Assembly: GCF_001194135.2 (NCBI RefSeq)
Contig: NC_068986.1
Location: 110,974,135 to 111,038,134, forward strand
Direction: 5' to 3'
DNA length: 64,000 nt
DNA from: Octopus bimaculoides
Lineage: Eukaryota
The notes beneath the pieces are model-generated. The model had not been told where the DNA came from. It ran no database searches and saw nothing but the letters and a program-made list of their open reading frames with translations. Numbering within the stretch: the first letter of the stretch is position 1; every line of letters starts with the position of its first letter. Shown piece by piece: positions 25,123 to 36,511 of the stretch. A program made the translations under genes and the position numbers.

Positions 25123-25495
25123 AAACATGATGGAATATTCCTGAAACTGAAAGTTTTATTTTACAACGATTACTGTACATATGTATGTCGCATGGATGGT
25201 TGTGTGTTTGTATTAAGAAACATTTAAGCTTCCTATATTTACATACCGTTTGCCTGCCCAGCAAGCGGATTAGCACCATATGAACACTAAAACAAGCGAG
25301 AAAACGCATTGTGAGTAGCGGTATATAATACATGCAATAGTCCATTAGAACAGCAATACAGTGAAAAGTGATATTAACATATGGATCCTACGTTAACATT
25401 TGGGGGACTCATATATATATATATATATATATATATGAGATAACAAAGCCAAGGCTGTGAGGATTTTTCAGGACATTTATGAAGATATGGATATA

Positions 25496-25543
25496 GTCTT
25501 ACAGTTGTTCCTGGGATATTATGGATATCCTTTCATCAGAAAC
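25496..25543 (-). ncRNA. Second minimal type I hammerhead-like motif (degenerate)
   Basis: Minus strand: GTTT CTGATGA AA GGATAT CCATA ATATCC CA GGAA CAACTG TA AGAC. Stem I GTTT/AGAC, 6-bp stem II, GAAA read as GGAA, near-palindromic stem III and a GUA triplet. Confidence 0.5.
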
Positions 25544-26373
25544 GATGTGAGACGTTAATATATATATATATGCATATATATGTCTTTACGTATGTATATA
25601 TGTGTGTGGGTACGTATATGCATGTATTTACACACATTAATGCAAACACGCACACACTCAACAAGATGTATTCTTAGGCATGCATAGACCTGTATTTTAT
25701 AATGCATGTGTATACATATACTTATGTATGTGTGCATAGATATATTGAGAGTTGGATGTGAAGGGTTTTGCTTATAAACGCAATATACTGGGAGATATGT
25801 TAACATATTTTAATATATTGCGACATGTTTATATTGCAAAAATTAAATGCAAGATGCATATATCTCGATGGGTATTCATGTATACATTTATGATAATGTT
25901 CTATTTCTTATGCAAGTTTTGTGCGTTAATGTTAACGTAATATATAACACTTAATGTTTAAAATCGGTTATTATACTCTATTTCTTGTTTTTCATTGCAA
26001 TTTAATATGGCACTAGTTTACATACCGACAATCATGTAGTACATCTAACGTTACTGCACTTGAGAGACTTTGAAATTTAATATTCTGTCACTATGTTTCT
26101 ATAGCATCGTGTCTTCACGAAACCCCCACACATATATATAGTCTCAACGCAAATGCCTCTAAGCACATACTTACCCATAAGACACTAAACACTTGCACAA
26201 TAGTATTTAAATTCATTAAGCAAACTAATTCAAAATATTTTGTTATGTATTTAATGGAATTCTTCTTATTGAATCTAAAACACTTGCTATTACACCTACA
26301 TATGGAGCTTCACATGGTTAAAATTTTGATTTTCCTAATCTTATTCGTAACTCTACACGAATAATTTAACAGG

Positions 26374-26421
<48 letters not shown>

Positions 26422-27351
26422 CATGTATTCTCACTCACATTCACGTACAAATACAATCGCACAGACAATAGATGAAAGGCAAAATCTCACATCCTACACT
26501 AACAGAAATCTTTAACATTACTTTTTATCATTTCTTCCTTTATATTCTCCGTTTGACATTTTGTTTTTAGATCCTCATAAATAATATTCTATCTACAATA
26601 TTTGCACCGTCCCACAACGTCCTTGGACGTTTGATTCTCACTGTTCACCTTGCATGTTTATTAACGTCTGACGGATATCAGCACACATCAACATGTAGGT
26701 TGTTGAAATTAAATGCAAGTGAACCGGCTTTTGATGAATTCGTTTGTCCGTAGTTCCAGTGTCTGTCGTGGCACATCGATGTAGAAGCATTGGATATCCC
26801 ACAATCCCTTAAACTAATGTGTCGAGTGTGTTATGAACAAACCTTCGTTGTAAACTTGTTCTACTGTGAGGAAACACACCAGAGATTAACATACCCGTGT
26901 TTGAATCTGCATGAACAGGTTTAAAAATAGATATGGAAGTCAACGTTTTATTGCTTTCCAAGTCAACTACTTCTTTCAAATCGGTAAACTTATTAGATTT
27001 TTACACTGTGCACTTTTCATTTTAAAGTGTTGCATCATTTTAGTTCAGTTCTTTAACACACTTTTTCTCATTATAAAACTTCCCAATTTTCTCTTCTGCA
27101 AAGAATTGAAATCAGAAAACAATTCTATTACTGGTCGTTTAAACCGTCACATAAAAAATGGAAAAAAAATATTGTGACATACTTTACTCTTAGAAAATTA
27201 CTATTTTTAAATCTCACAACGAGAGATTCAGCAACAGCACTTTTTAGTAGAGATTGTTTGCCAACATAACATGGTAGTCCTGGTTTAGGACGAATATTAC
27301 TGTAATTTAGCCCCGGGTTACATCGTCTCCAGCTGACTATATGACACGATC

Positions 27352-27541
27352 TGTGTCTTTATGTTTTCGAACACGGGAATCTAGCAACACCACTCAGCTC
27401 AAAACAATATCTGTTTATCGTGATTTGCGAACAATTATTCTGTGCTGATGAAGGGAAATAATCCGATAATCGCGACACACAGATATTGTTTTGTTCTGAG
27501 TGGAGGTGCTAGATTCTCTTGTTCGAAAATATAAAGACACA
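27352..27541. repeat. Foldback element: 74-bp inverted arms (27352-27425, 27468-27541) with a 42-nt loop
   Basis: About 10 mismatches in 74 positions counted by eye. The loop contains TCTGTG CTGATGA AGGGAAATAATCC. Confidence 0.85.
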
Positions 27542-27751
27542 TTGTCTTCGGTGCTTGATATGTTTATAGAGAACCCATTTCTCGTCACCAGTCACTATTC
27601 GATACACAGGACGTTCATTCCTGAGACGTGCCAACAAAGAAGAACACACATCTACATTATGCGTGCGATTAGATTCGGAGACTTTGTGAGGAACACATTG
27701 ATCCAATTTGGTGACAATTTCGACGGCACGCAGGTGTTGGTGAGTTGTTGA
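27541..27751 (-). mobile_element. Mariner transposase fragment (runs into an N gap)
   Basis: QHLRAVEIVTKLDQCVPHKVSESNRTHNVDVCSSLLARLRNERPVYRIVTGDEKWVLYKHIKHRRQC contains a WVPHEL-like motif and the RIVTGDEKW first catalytic Asp of mariner. Confidence 0.85.
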
Positions 27752-28707
27752 ANNNNNNNNNNNNNNNNNNNNNNNNNNNNNNNNNNNNNNNNNNNNNNNN
27801 NNNNNNNNNNNNNNNNNNNNNNNNNNNNNNNNNNNNNNNNNNNNNNNNNNNNNNNNNNNNNNNNNNNNNNNNNNNNNNNNNNNNNNNNNNNNNNNNNNNN
27901 NNNNNNNNNNNNNNNNNNNNNNNNNNNNNNNNNNNNNNNNNNNNNNNNNNNNNNNNNNNNNNNNNNNNNNNNNNNNNNNNNNNNNNNNNNNNNNNNNNNN
28001 NNNNNNNNNNNNNNNNNNNNNNNNNNNNNNNNNNNNNNNNNNNNNNNNNNNNNNNNNNNNNNNNNNNNNNNNNNNNNNNNNNNNNNNNNNNNNNNNNNNN
28101 NNNNNNNNNNNNNNNNNNNNNNNNNNNNNNNNNNNNNNNNNNNNNNNNNNNNNNNNNNNNNNNNNNNNNNNNNNNNNNNNNNNNNNNNNNNNNNNNNNNN
28201 NNNNNNNNNNNNNNNNNNNNNNNNNNNNNNNNNNNNNNNNNNNNNNNNNNNNNNNNNNNNNNNNNNNNNNNNNNNNNNNNNNNNNNNNNNNNNNNNNNNN
28301 NNNNNNNNNNNNNNNNNNNNNNNNNNNNNNNNNNNNNNNNNNNNNNNNNNNNNNNNNNNNNNNNNNNNNNNNNNNNNNNNNNNNNNNNNNNNNNNNNNNN
28401 NNNNNNNNNNNNNNNNNNNNNNNNNNNNNNNNNNNNNNNNNNNNNNNNNNNNNNNNNNNNNNNNNNNNNNNNNNNNNNNNNNNNNNNNNNNNNNNNNNNN
28501 NNNNNNNNNNNNNNNNNNNNNNNNNNNNNNNNNNNNNNNNNNNNNNNNNNNNNNNNNNNNNNNNNNNNNNNNNNNNNNNNNNNNNNNNNNNNNNNNNNNN
28601 NNNNNNNNNNNNNNNNNNNNNNNNNNNNNNNNNNNNNNNNNNNNNNNNNNNNNNNNNNNNNNNNNNNNNNNNNNNNNNNNNNNNNNNNNNNNNNNNNNNN
28701 NNNNNNN

Positions 28708-28762
<55 letters not shown>

Positions 28763-30691
28763 GTATATGTATATATACATAGGTACATATATATTTACAT
28801 ATGTATGCATGTATGTATTTATGCACGTATGTATATACTGCACGATTACATTTTCTTCATATCTGTTTACCTCTCTCTCCCTCTCTGCATATATATTTAT
28901 GTGGGTTTATATGAGTAACCAACACCACAGTATCTTGTTACTAAGATAGATGTAGGTTCATGAGATGTTGGCGGCCATTTCCTACAGTTCCACTGAGTGA
29001 GTGTTTGTCTTTTCTTGGCATTGTCTTCCCTTCTGTTTATATCGTGGGATGTGTCTGCTTACTATAAATGCATCAGCCGTGATATTAGCTTCATAAGTTG
29101 CTTACAATAACACCCGGAATTTCAAGATCTTTCACAATATTAATTTAGCAGTGGAGAGAGAAATGTCTCGATAGTGATGCTTAGAATAATATAAATGATG
29201 ATGATGGCGATGATAATCATAACCTTGATGAGGTTTATCATCGTCATAATGGTTGTCGTCATCGTCATCCTAAAAATAGCAATCCCATGAAGGTCATCGT
29301 CGTCGTCATCATCAGCATCATCAATGACATTTGAATGCGCTTCTTTCTTCTTCCTCCCACCGATCTCGCATCCCCTTCCTCCACCCGTTCCTCGTCATCA
29401 TCGACGTCGTCGGCATCATCTTTTATAAGCAAAAAGAGTGAATTAGGTAGGATCACATCGTTCTGTTGTTGAACATGTTACACGTGAGTTAACATAAACT
29501 TAGGCACTGACAAAACATACCCCTTCCAAAACCCCAACAGTTTTGCTTAAACTCTAAAATCCCAGCTCTTTCATGCGTGACCTCTTCTTTATTATTTACG
29601 TCAGCAAATTAATATTACTCTTATACAAAATTGTATACGGGTGCGCTCGTCACTGATTTCACAAAATGAGATGTCGCTTATCCTTTTACAAAGCGGACGT
29701 TGAACGTTGGTGAAATTTTATATCTGTAATGGGATTTGGAGAGTAGAACAAAGGTTGTTATAGATTCTATTCTACTCTGAACATTTCAGAGCAGTTGTCT
29801 GTTTGGTTAATGTATATTATAACAAAGAGAGGCCGCTTAAATTCATAAACGATCTTTGTCACACAGTGTGATTTTAAATACATGCATCATAATTGTAAAA
29901 GCACCATCATTTCCTACAATCAAGCTGATGTGTAACTTGAATAAAAGGAAATCCAAACTGTAATTGTGCCCCCATTAACATTGCTTTCAGTAGATTTTTA
30001 TATCCACAACACGATTGTTTGACCTCAGGTGTCGTGTTAAGTTTGATCTCTCAGAGGATCTCACTGTACAGGTTTGTGTATAATTTTATTTTAAATAGTA
30101 AGTTATAGAATTTCAGTGATTACACGAGCAAAAATAGGAAACGTTCACTCAAATGGTTTCTAATACAGAAGGAACACCTCTGAGCTCAGGGAGCTGGGTA
30201 TGTCTTCAAAGGCGCTGAGCAAGTATAACAATATGTCAATGAACCAGCTTAAAGCAGTCATTTTTTAAAGTGTTACTGCTAAAATAAAACAAGATAGAAA
30301 CAAGAAAAGATTCCGAGATCTTAGAGCTGCAACGCTTTTCATAGTTAGGTTACTTGATTGGAGCAATCGGAAATAAAGTAAGAAAAGTTTATTTGGTAGC
30401 ATGGTGGTCCGGCCTGTTAGAGCTAGAAGTAATATCTTACTAAAAAACAATGTTTATTACCTTACAAAAAGAGAAATCCCTCAACATAATCTTGAAATAT
30501 ATCTTCAAATAAAACATGATCAAAAGTTGAAGACTGCTGAATTACCTCTACTCTTACGAGATGGAATTTGGAACAAAAAACCACGAGCGCTTTCTACGGT
30601 GTAGCCAATCTAGCCAGTCCCTGCCGTAAGGCTTTACTTCCACACACGCCAGCTTAATTTAATTTAATTCGTCCTTAGTCGAAAGACACAT

Positions 30692-30844
30692 GTTGGCTCT
30701 TTGCTCACGTTGGCTCTTTGCTCACGTTGGCTCTTTGCTCACGTTGGCTCTTTGCTCACGTTGGCTCTCTGCTCACGTTGGCTCTCTGCTCACGTTGGCT
30801 CTCTGCTCACGTTGGCTCTCTGCTCACGTTGGCTCTTTGCTCAT
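30692..30844. repeat. Minisatellite, 9 x 17 bp GTTGGCTCT(T/C)TGCTCAC
   Basis: Nine contiguous units without spacers. Units 1-4 and 9 carry T and units 5-8 carry C at one position. Confidence 0.95.
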
Positions 30845-33304
30845 GTCCATGACAAAATCGCAATCTACAACATACACGTAATCGAAAGAACACATTTTGC
30901 ATCTTGCGAAGTAAATGCCGTGATGTCACTCGGTACACGGCCTCATGATGGTCACTGCTAACTCTGGCTGCGCTCGCAACCGTGTGCTGCCTTCACCTGG
31001 CCCGTTACTAAACTACTCCTGTAGTCGTCCCATATATTTTCATTTCTGTGAGCAGGGGACAAAGCATCACATTTTCCAGTGAGGTATATTTCAATAGACA
31101 GGATATGATTTCAAGGAGTTTAGACTAGTGAAGAATGGTCATGTAGATTATTCTTTGATTCTGAAGGAGAGCAACCACAAAGAAGACATCTCTTGCTGAT
31201 ACTACATTCTTATGCTACAAGTTGTAATGTTGCTTCTTTGTTTACTACTCCTTAGAGTATTGGAGTAATCGTTGCTAACCAGCTGAATACTGTTACACTT
31301 GATAATAGAAATTCTGTCATTAATTTCAGTGTTCTTATTGTTGTTTGCATCGGAGTTCTTCATGTTGATGTTGTTACTGTAGCTTTCAGAGCTAATTGTT
31401 CTGAGTACTATAACAATTATTACTACTATTACTAGAACTCTTGACTGTCGATGCAGTCAGTGTCACTCATATATGGTTGTTCTTATTGTTTCGAAACCAT
31501 GAATGTGATACAGTTTTACTCACTCATTGTAGGAGGTACACATTAGTGGACTTCCTCTCATCTTTAGTTTCATCTATTGCTGTGATAACCTTCCTGTCAG
31601 AGGTCACCCAAGGTGCAATCATCTTTGTTTACTGCTAACCATGCGAATAGCAAATGACATTTAATTGCCCCTGTTAAAATATTTCTCTCCTCCCGAATTC
31701 AAAATACGCTTTGTCGACCTTTAATCCGTGAGATATAAACATGAAATTATGGCTTACTTTTATTGCCGTTGTGAAAATAGAAATATTCACTTGCTCAAAG
31801 ACTAAGAGTCTTCCTTTATCAGGCATAATAATAATGTTTTATATTGAGACATTGAGGGAGGCTCTTAGGCGATCTGATACACATGACATCCAAATATCTC
31901 TGAAATAACAATCTACTGTCTTTACAATTTAGAGTGCACATTATCTTAGCAGAATTACAGATACGGAGAGATTATATAGAAAATAGCCCGAAGTGGAGAA
32001 TGTTTGTGCTTTAAACAAAGCCGAGTTGCGCATGTGGTTAAAATAAAAAAAAACAAGATGAATTCTACCACGCACAAAATCTTCATATGTTGTGAGAGTA
32101 ATCATAGAATATTTTAATGTGCTTTAGTCAATGGGATGTGAAACATTGCACACAGCTATCTGTGCAGTATGTGCTTCGAAAGACAACAGTAACATCATAT
32201 TCTAGAAAGGTGCAAATTGCGGTGGTTTCTCTGCATGTATTATTCTTCCTTCACGTCCTCCTTGTGAGAAATTGACACCTGACAATATTTCAGCAAGCCC
32301 TTTTTCCAAATATTCCTCCGTCTCAGATTGCATGGCATATTTTTTTCTTTATGCCTTTATATTTCACTTTTCTTTTGATAGGATCGTTTAATTCTTTGGA
32401 TGAGAGCACAATCGCACCTGGTTACATAATGTCACCCTTATATTGTCCTATGTAACCACAGAATCGCCTTCAAACGAATGACGTTTGAAGTTGTCTGCTG
32501 CGTTGGCGAAAGAGGAAATAGCTTTTGATGTGACGCACGTGTGGTTATGGGTGTCAACGATCTTTCGCTTCCTTTCGTTGCTCAAATCAGTGTAAAGCCT
32601 TCTCTAAGTGGACGGGTGTTTAATGTGGTCGTTGTTTGTGTCGCTGTTGTTGATGCTTCTGTTCTTTGTTGTTTTCTCCAGATTAGAGAGTCCCAGAGTG
32701 ATTAGTAACTGCAATTCTACATTCACCTACCAAGCTAAGACCAATAAGAATGAGGTACCGACGAAGTGAACGAGACTACAGCAGCCCTAAACTTTAGGAG
32801 ATTTCAGACTGGCGACTACATAATAGCTGTATTAGTCGTTAGCAATGGTAAGAGAGATTACAAAAACATTATCTTCTATATTTGTTCGTCTATTCAAATC
32901 TATACTGATGCTCTTCGAATTTTCCAAACGAATATAACAAGGGTGGTTTGAAAAGGTGATAAAAAAGCTAAGATAAATATTAAAAGAAAAAATCACACAC
33001 ACACACACACACATGCATGCACGTATATATATATATGGAGTCAAAGTAAAAATGGACGAGAAAATATTACAAAAGCTTTAAAATTTAGATTTATATAAAA
33101 GAAACAACGGAAATCTGTAAGTTCAGTGGGTGAAACTACGACTAAAGAAGATCGGTTCATCTCCGAAATTCCATTTGCAACAAATTAGCAAAAATCTGTT
33201 TCATCCAAAGATGCTAAATGTCGAGGTACCCTGCACTTAAAATATCTGCTGCCTGTGTGAAGAAAAAGGCACTAAATATATAAGGTGGCATCACCACCAC
33301 CAAT

Positions 33305-33600
33305 ATCATCATCATTTCATACACAATAGATTAAACTGGTGGAAAAGAAAAGTTCCTAAAATCTTCCTTGGACAAGTAACCTTAGATGACAAGAAACTTT
33401 CTAAGTATCCAAACTTTGCCTAATAATACTGATTACTGGAGTTGATCTATACTAGGTTTATGCCTATTTCTTCTACCCATAATGCCGCTAAAATTGCAAG
33501 GATACATTTTACCCGCACTTTCCATAGCCTCTGTAACTTAATTGCCAGCTCCTGGTACGTTGCTATTTTTTCTATATCTCTCGTTTTGATTTCCCTGCTC
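33305..33600 (-). mobile_element. R4/Dong-like RLE C-terminus and 3' UTR
   Basis: REIKTRDIEKIATYQELAIKLQRLWKVRVKCIL.. then ..SVLLGKVWILRKFLVI*, followed by a UTR ending in (GAT)n. Confidence 0.7.
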
Positions 33601-33688
33601 AACCTCCCAAGCTAACCTGTCAAATCGATCGACTTTTCTTTCTTTCTTCCTTAACGCATACCTTGTTGTCAGCTGGGCAAGCTATATG
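33598..33688 (-). mobile_element. Short RLE fragment of a different Dong-like family
   Basis: IACPADNKVCVKEERK / VDRFDRLAWEV. The motif ACAGGTTAGCTTGGGAGG is also found at 35279-35298. Confidence 0.7.
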
Positions 33689-34112
33689 CGCGCGACACGT
33701 TAATCTCATATCAAGATAAACAGCGCATGACCTTGCAGGCGGGGCCCAGTTAGAATTTTCTTGAGGTTGAGTAGCCCATTCCGCTCAAAAGGTCTCTGAG
33801 CAAGAGTTGTTTGAGGATGTTGAACGAAACACCCATGTTTCCAAAGGTGAATTATCCAAATCCCAAAGAATTCCTTTCAAAACATGGTTATGATGCACCT
33901 CCACTTCTCCCAATCAGAGCTGCACACAACGTCAGCCACTAACAGATATGCTCAACTGGCTAGGGTAAAACAACTGACCAACAAATCTGTTGTATTGAGC
34001 AGAATACTTGCTGTAGCTCATCTTTTATACCAAGACAAAGCAATGTACATGATAACACTTCCAATCAGTTAAGATCAGAAACCATGAGAGCCACTGCCTG
34101 GGACTGCAGGGC
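33685..34112 (-). mobile_element. Non-coding retroelement 5' segment starting GCCCTGCAGTCCCAGGCAGTGG next to a (TAA)-rich tract
   Basis: The first ~123 nt align with 43650-43771. The rest has no recognisable ORF. It abuts an (ATT)-rich run on the plus strand. Confidence 0.65.
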
Positions 34113-34427
34113 ATTTATTATTACTATTATGATTATTATAATTATTGTTTTTGCTGTTGTTGTTATTATCATTATTATTACGCCGCCGAGATCTCCCGAT
34201 GCCACCAAACAGGCTCCAACAGTGTGCCAGATTGCTCAGAAGATTGTAGGCGAGCTCAGCAAACCAACTTACTCAGAGCGGAAGAAGCAACGGTTAAATA
34301 AGTCAGATGAGTTGAGAATAACAAATAAAACCGTAGAGTTTAACCAAAACACAACAACTTTAATTAAGAGGCGAATAAACATTTAAGGAGTAAATAAGCA
34401 GTTCTTTAGAGAATTTCTTTTTTTTTA

Positions 34428-34490
34428 GAGAGAGAGAGAGAGACAGACAGACAGAGAAAGAGAGAGAGAGAGAGAGAGGAAGAGAGAGAA

Positions 34491-34547
<57 letters not shown>

Positions 34548-34558
34548 TAGAGAGAGAG
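34428..34558. repeat. (GA)n microsatellite
   Basis: Directly visible. Confidence 0.95.
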
Positions 34559-35113
34559 TTCTCTCATTCACAGGTCTAATGATTTATTTTCCCTCTTTAT
34601 TTTTTTATCCTACTTTTTTCGACTGGACTCTATTCTTACTTCCGAATGCTCCATAACATTCCACAATCTTTGCAAAGTTAACACTGACTGTTATTGCAGC
34701 AAGTTCAAAACAGTCTCCCGTTCACATTAACCACCGTAACCAACTTCACACTCGACATATCGTGTCAACAGTTCCACATGAAATACCTGACACGATCTCA
34801 CACATTGACTGCATGGTATCGACCACATGGCACCGACTACTACATAGGACCGCTCGCTTTTACCTCCCGTTCACACCAGCTTCCAAGCGCGAACTAACTA
34901 ACTCGCCACGTGTTAACTAGTAATCATTATAGTTCACCCACACAGTAAATAGCGCATCAAAATCATACCGCCTACGCTTTAAACAGTCACGAGATCAAAA
35001 ATTATATTTTCTTCTCTTGCAAAATCAGAGAGCAGTGTTCTAATTCAGCGTCGTACGAACGAGAAATGTTCGTCCGTAACATTATTATTATTATTATTAT
35101 CATTATTATCATT

Positions 35114-35532
35114 GCCTTTGCACAGCTTCTAACGCTGGAGATGTTTTCTGACAGTGCTCCACACTTGTTGCAGCCCCTATTTGTTCCATGTACTTCTCAG
35201 GAATTTTACTCACTGTTCCCAGGGCTCCGACAATTATTGGTACTACTACCAAGTTTTTCATCGGCCACAGCTGTTTAGCCTCCCAAGCTAACCTGTTCTA
35301 TTGTGATCGTTGTATATGTCGTTTCTGGCTGAATTAAGCGTCTGTCGCTTTCCTTTCGTGACTGAGAGCCTGTGGACGTCTGATTCTGGTCAGTGCATTG
35401 TATATAGCGTCTCCAGATTCCGGGCTTTGTGTCCACCTGCTGGAGTTCACTCGGATTGCAGTTGATGATATAAAGGCTATATCGGACAACTGGTACTGCC
35501 AGGGAGTTTTATAGCGGCAATTTTATCCTGAG
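35114..35532 (-). mobile_element. Short Dong-like derivative (unique 5' part plus RLE C-terminal fragment) between two (TAA)-rich tracts
   Basis: Minus strand 35298-35130: RLAWEAKQLWPMKNLVVVPIIVGALGTVSKIPEKYMEQIGAA..HCQKT. (ATT)-rich runs lie at 35080-35113 and from 35533. Confidence 0.7.
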
Positions 35533-36511
35533 TATTATTATTGTTAATATTACTACTAATATTATTTTTTTTTATTATAATAATAATAATTATTATTATT
35601 AAAATAAAAAAAATCATTCTTGTTTATTTTCTTCTTCTCATTATTACCGTCATCGTTGTTGATACTGTTATTTACACTTCTACCGTTCTTTTTCTTCATT
35701 TTTTTCCCTGTTATTTATTCTATTATGACTGTCATCATCATCATCATCATCATTGTTAAGATTACGTAATATTTATTCCAGCAAGTTTTGTTATTGCAAG
35801 GATGTGGGGATGGTTTTGTAGTGTGATACTCCTTGTTATCTTGGTATTCATACTAGTTATTCGTTATTCGATGGTTGTTATCGAGAGATTTCTTCTTGTT
35901 TTAGTTGTTGTTGCTAGTGTTAATATCATTTCGTTTCTTGTTCACGGTGGCGATGTTGTTAGTGTTGTTTTGATACGCGTCCATATTAATTCAAGGAGTG
36001 AACTTTAAATACAAGGACCCCTATGCGCTTATCTTCTTGCATACATACATTACACACACACACACACACACNNNNNNNNNNNNNNNNNNNNNNNNNNNNN
36101 NNNNNNNNNNNNNNNNNNNNNNNNNNNNNNNNNNNNNNNNNNNNNNNNNNNNNNNNNNNNNNNNNNNNNNNNNNNNNNNNNNNNNNNNNNNNNNNNNNNN
36201 NNNNNNNNNNNNNNNNNNNNNNNNNNNNNNNNNNNNNNNNNNNNNNNNNNNNNNNNNNNNNNTATATATATATATATATATATATGTGAATAGAGAGTGA
36301 ATTAGGAGAGAAAGGAAGAGAAACGAGAGTAAGAATTTGAAGTTCATTACACAGGTAATGTAGACAGAATATATTCTTCCCTGCCAAATTTTACTGCTTC
36401 CTGTAAATATTTCTGCTCGATATATGTAGAACGTTAATATCCAAATATCCAATCTTAAAATACATATAAATAAATTTACATACATTTTACATACATACAT
36501 ACATACATACA

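Noticed and set aside
30130-30604. Semi-open reading frame ELRELGMSSKALSKY..RDGIWNKKPRALSTV
   Set aside because: It is interrupted by stops and has no motif I can assign. It may be an old transposon and needs blastx.
30692-30844. CRISPR array
   Set aside because: The 17-bp units are contiguous with no unique spacers, no cas genes are present and the context is eukaryotic.
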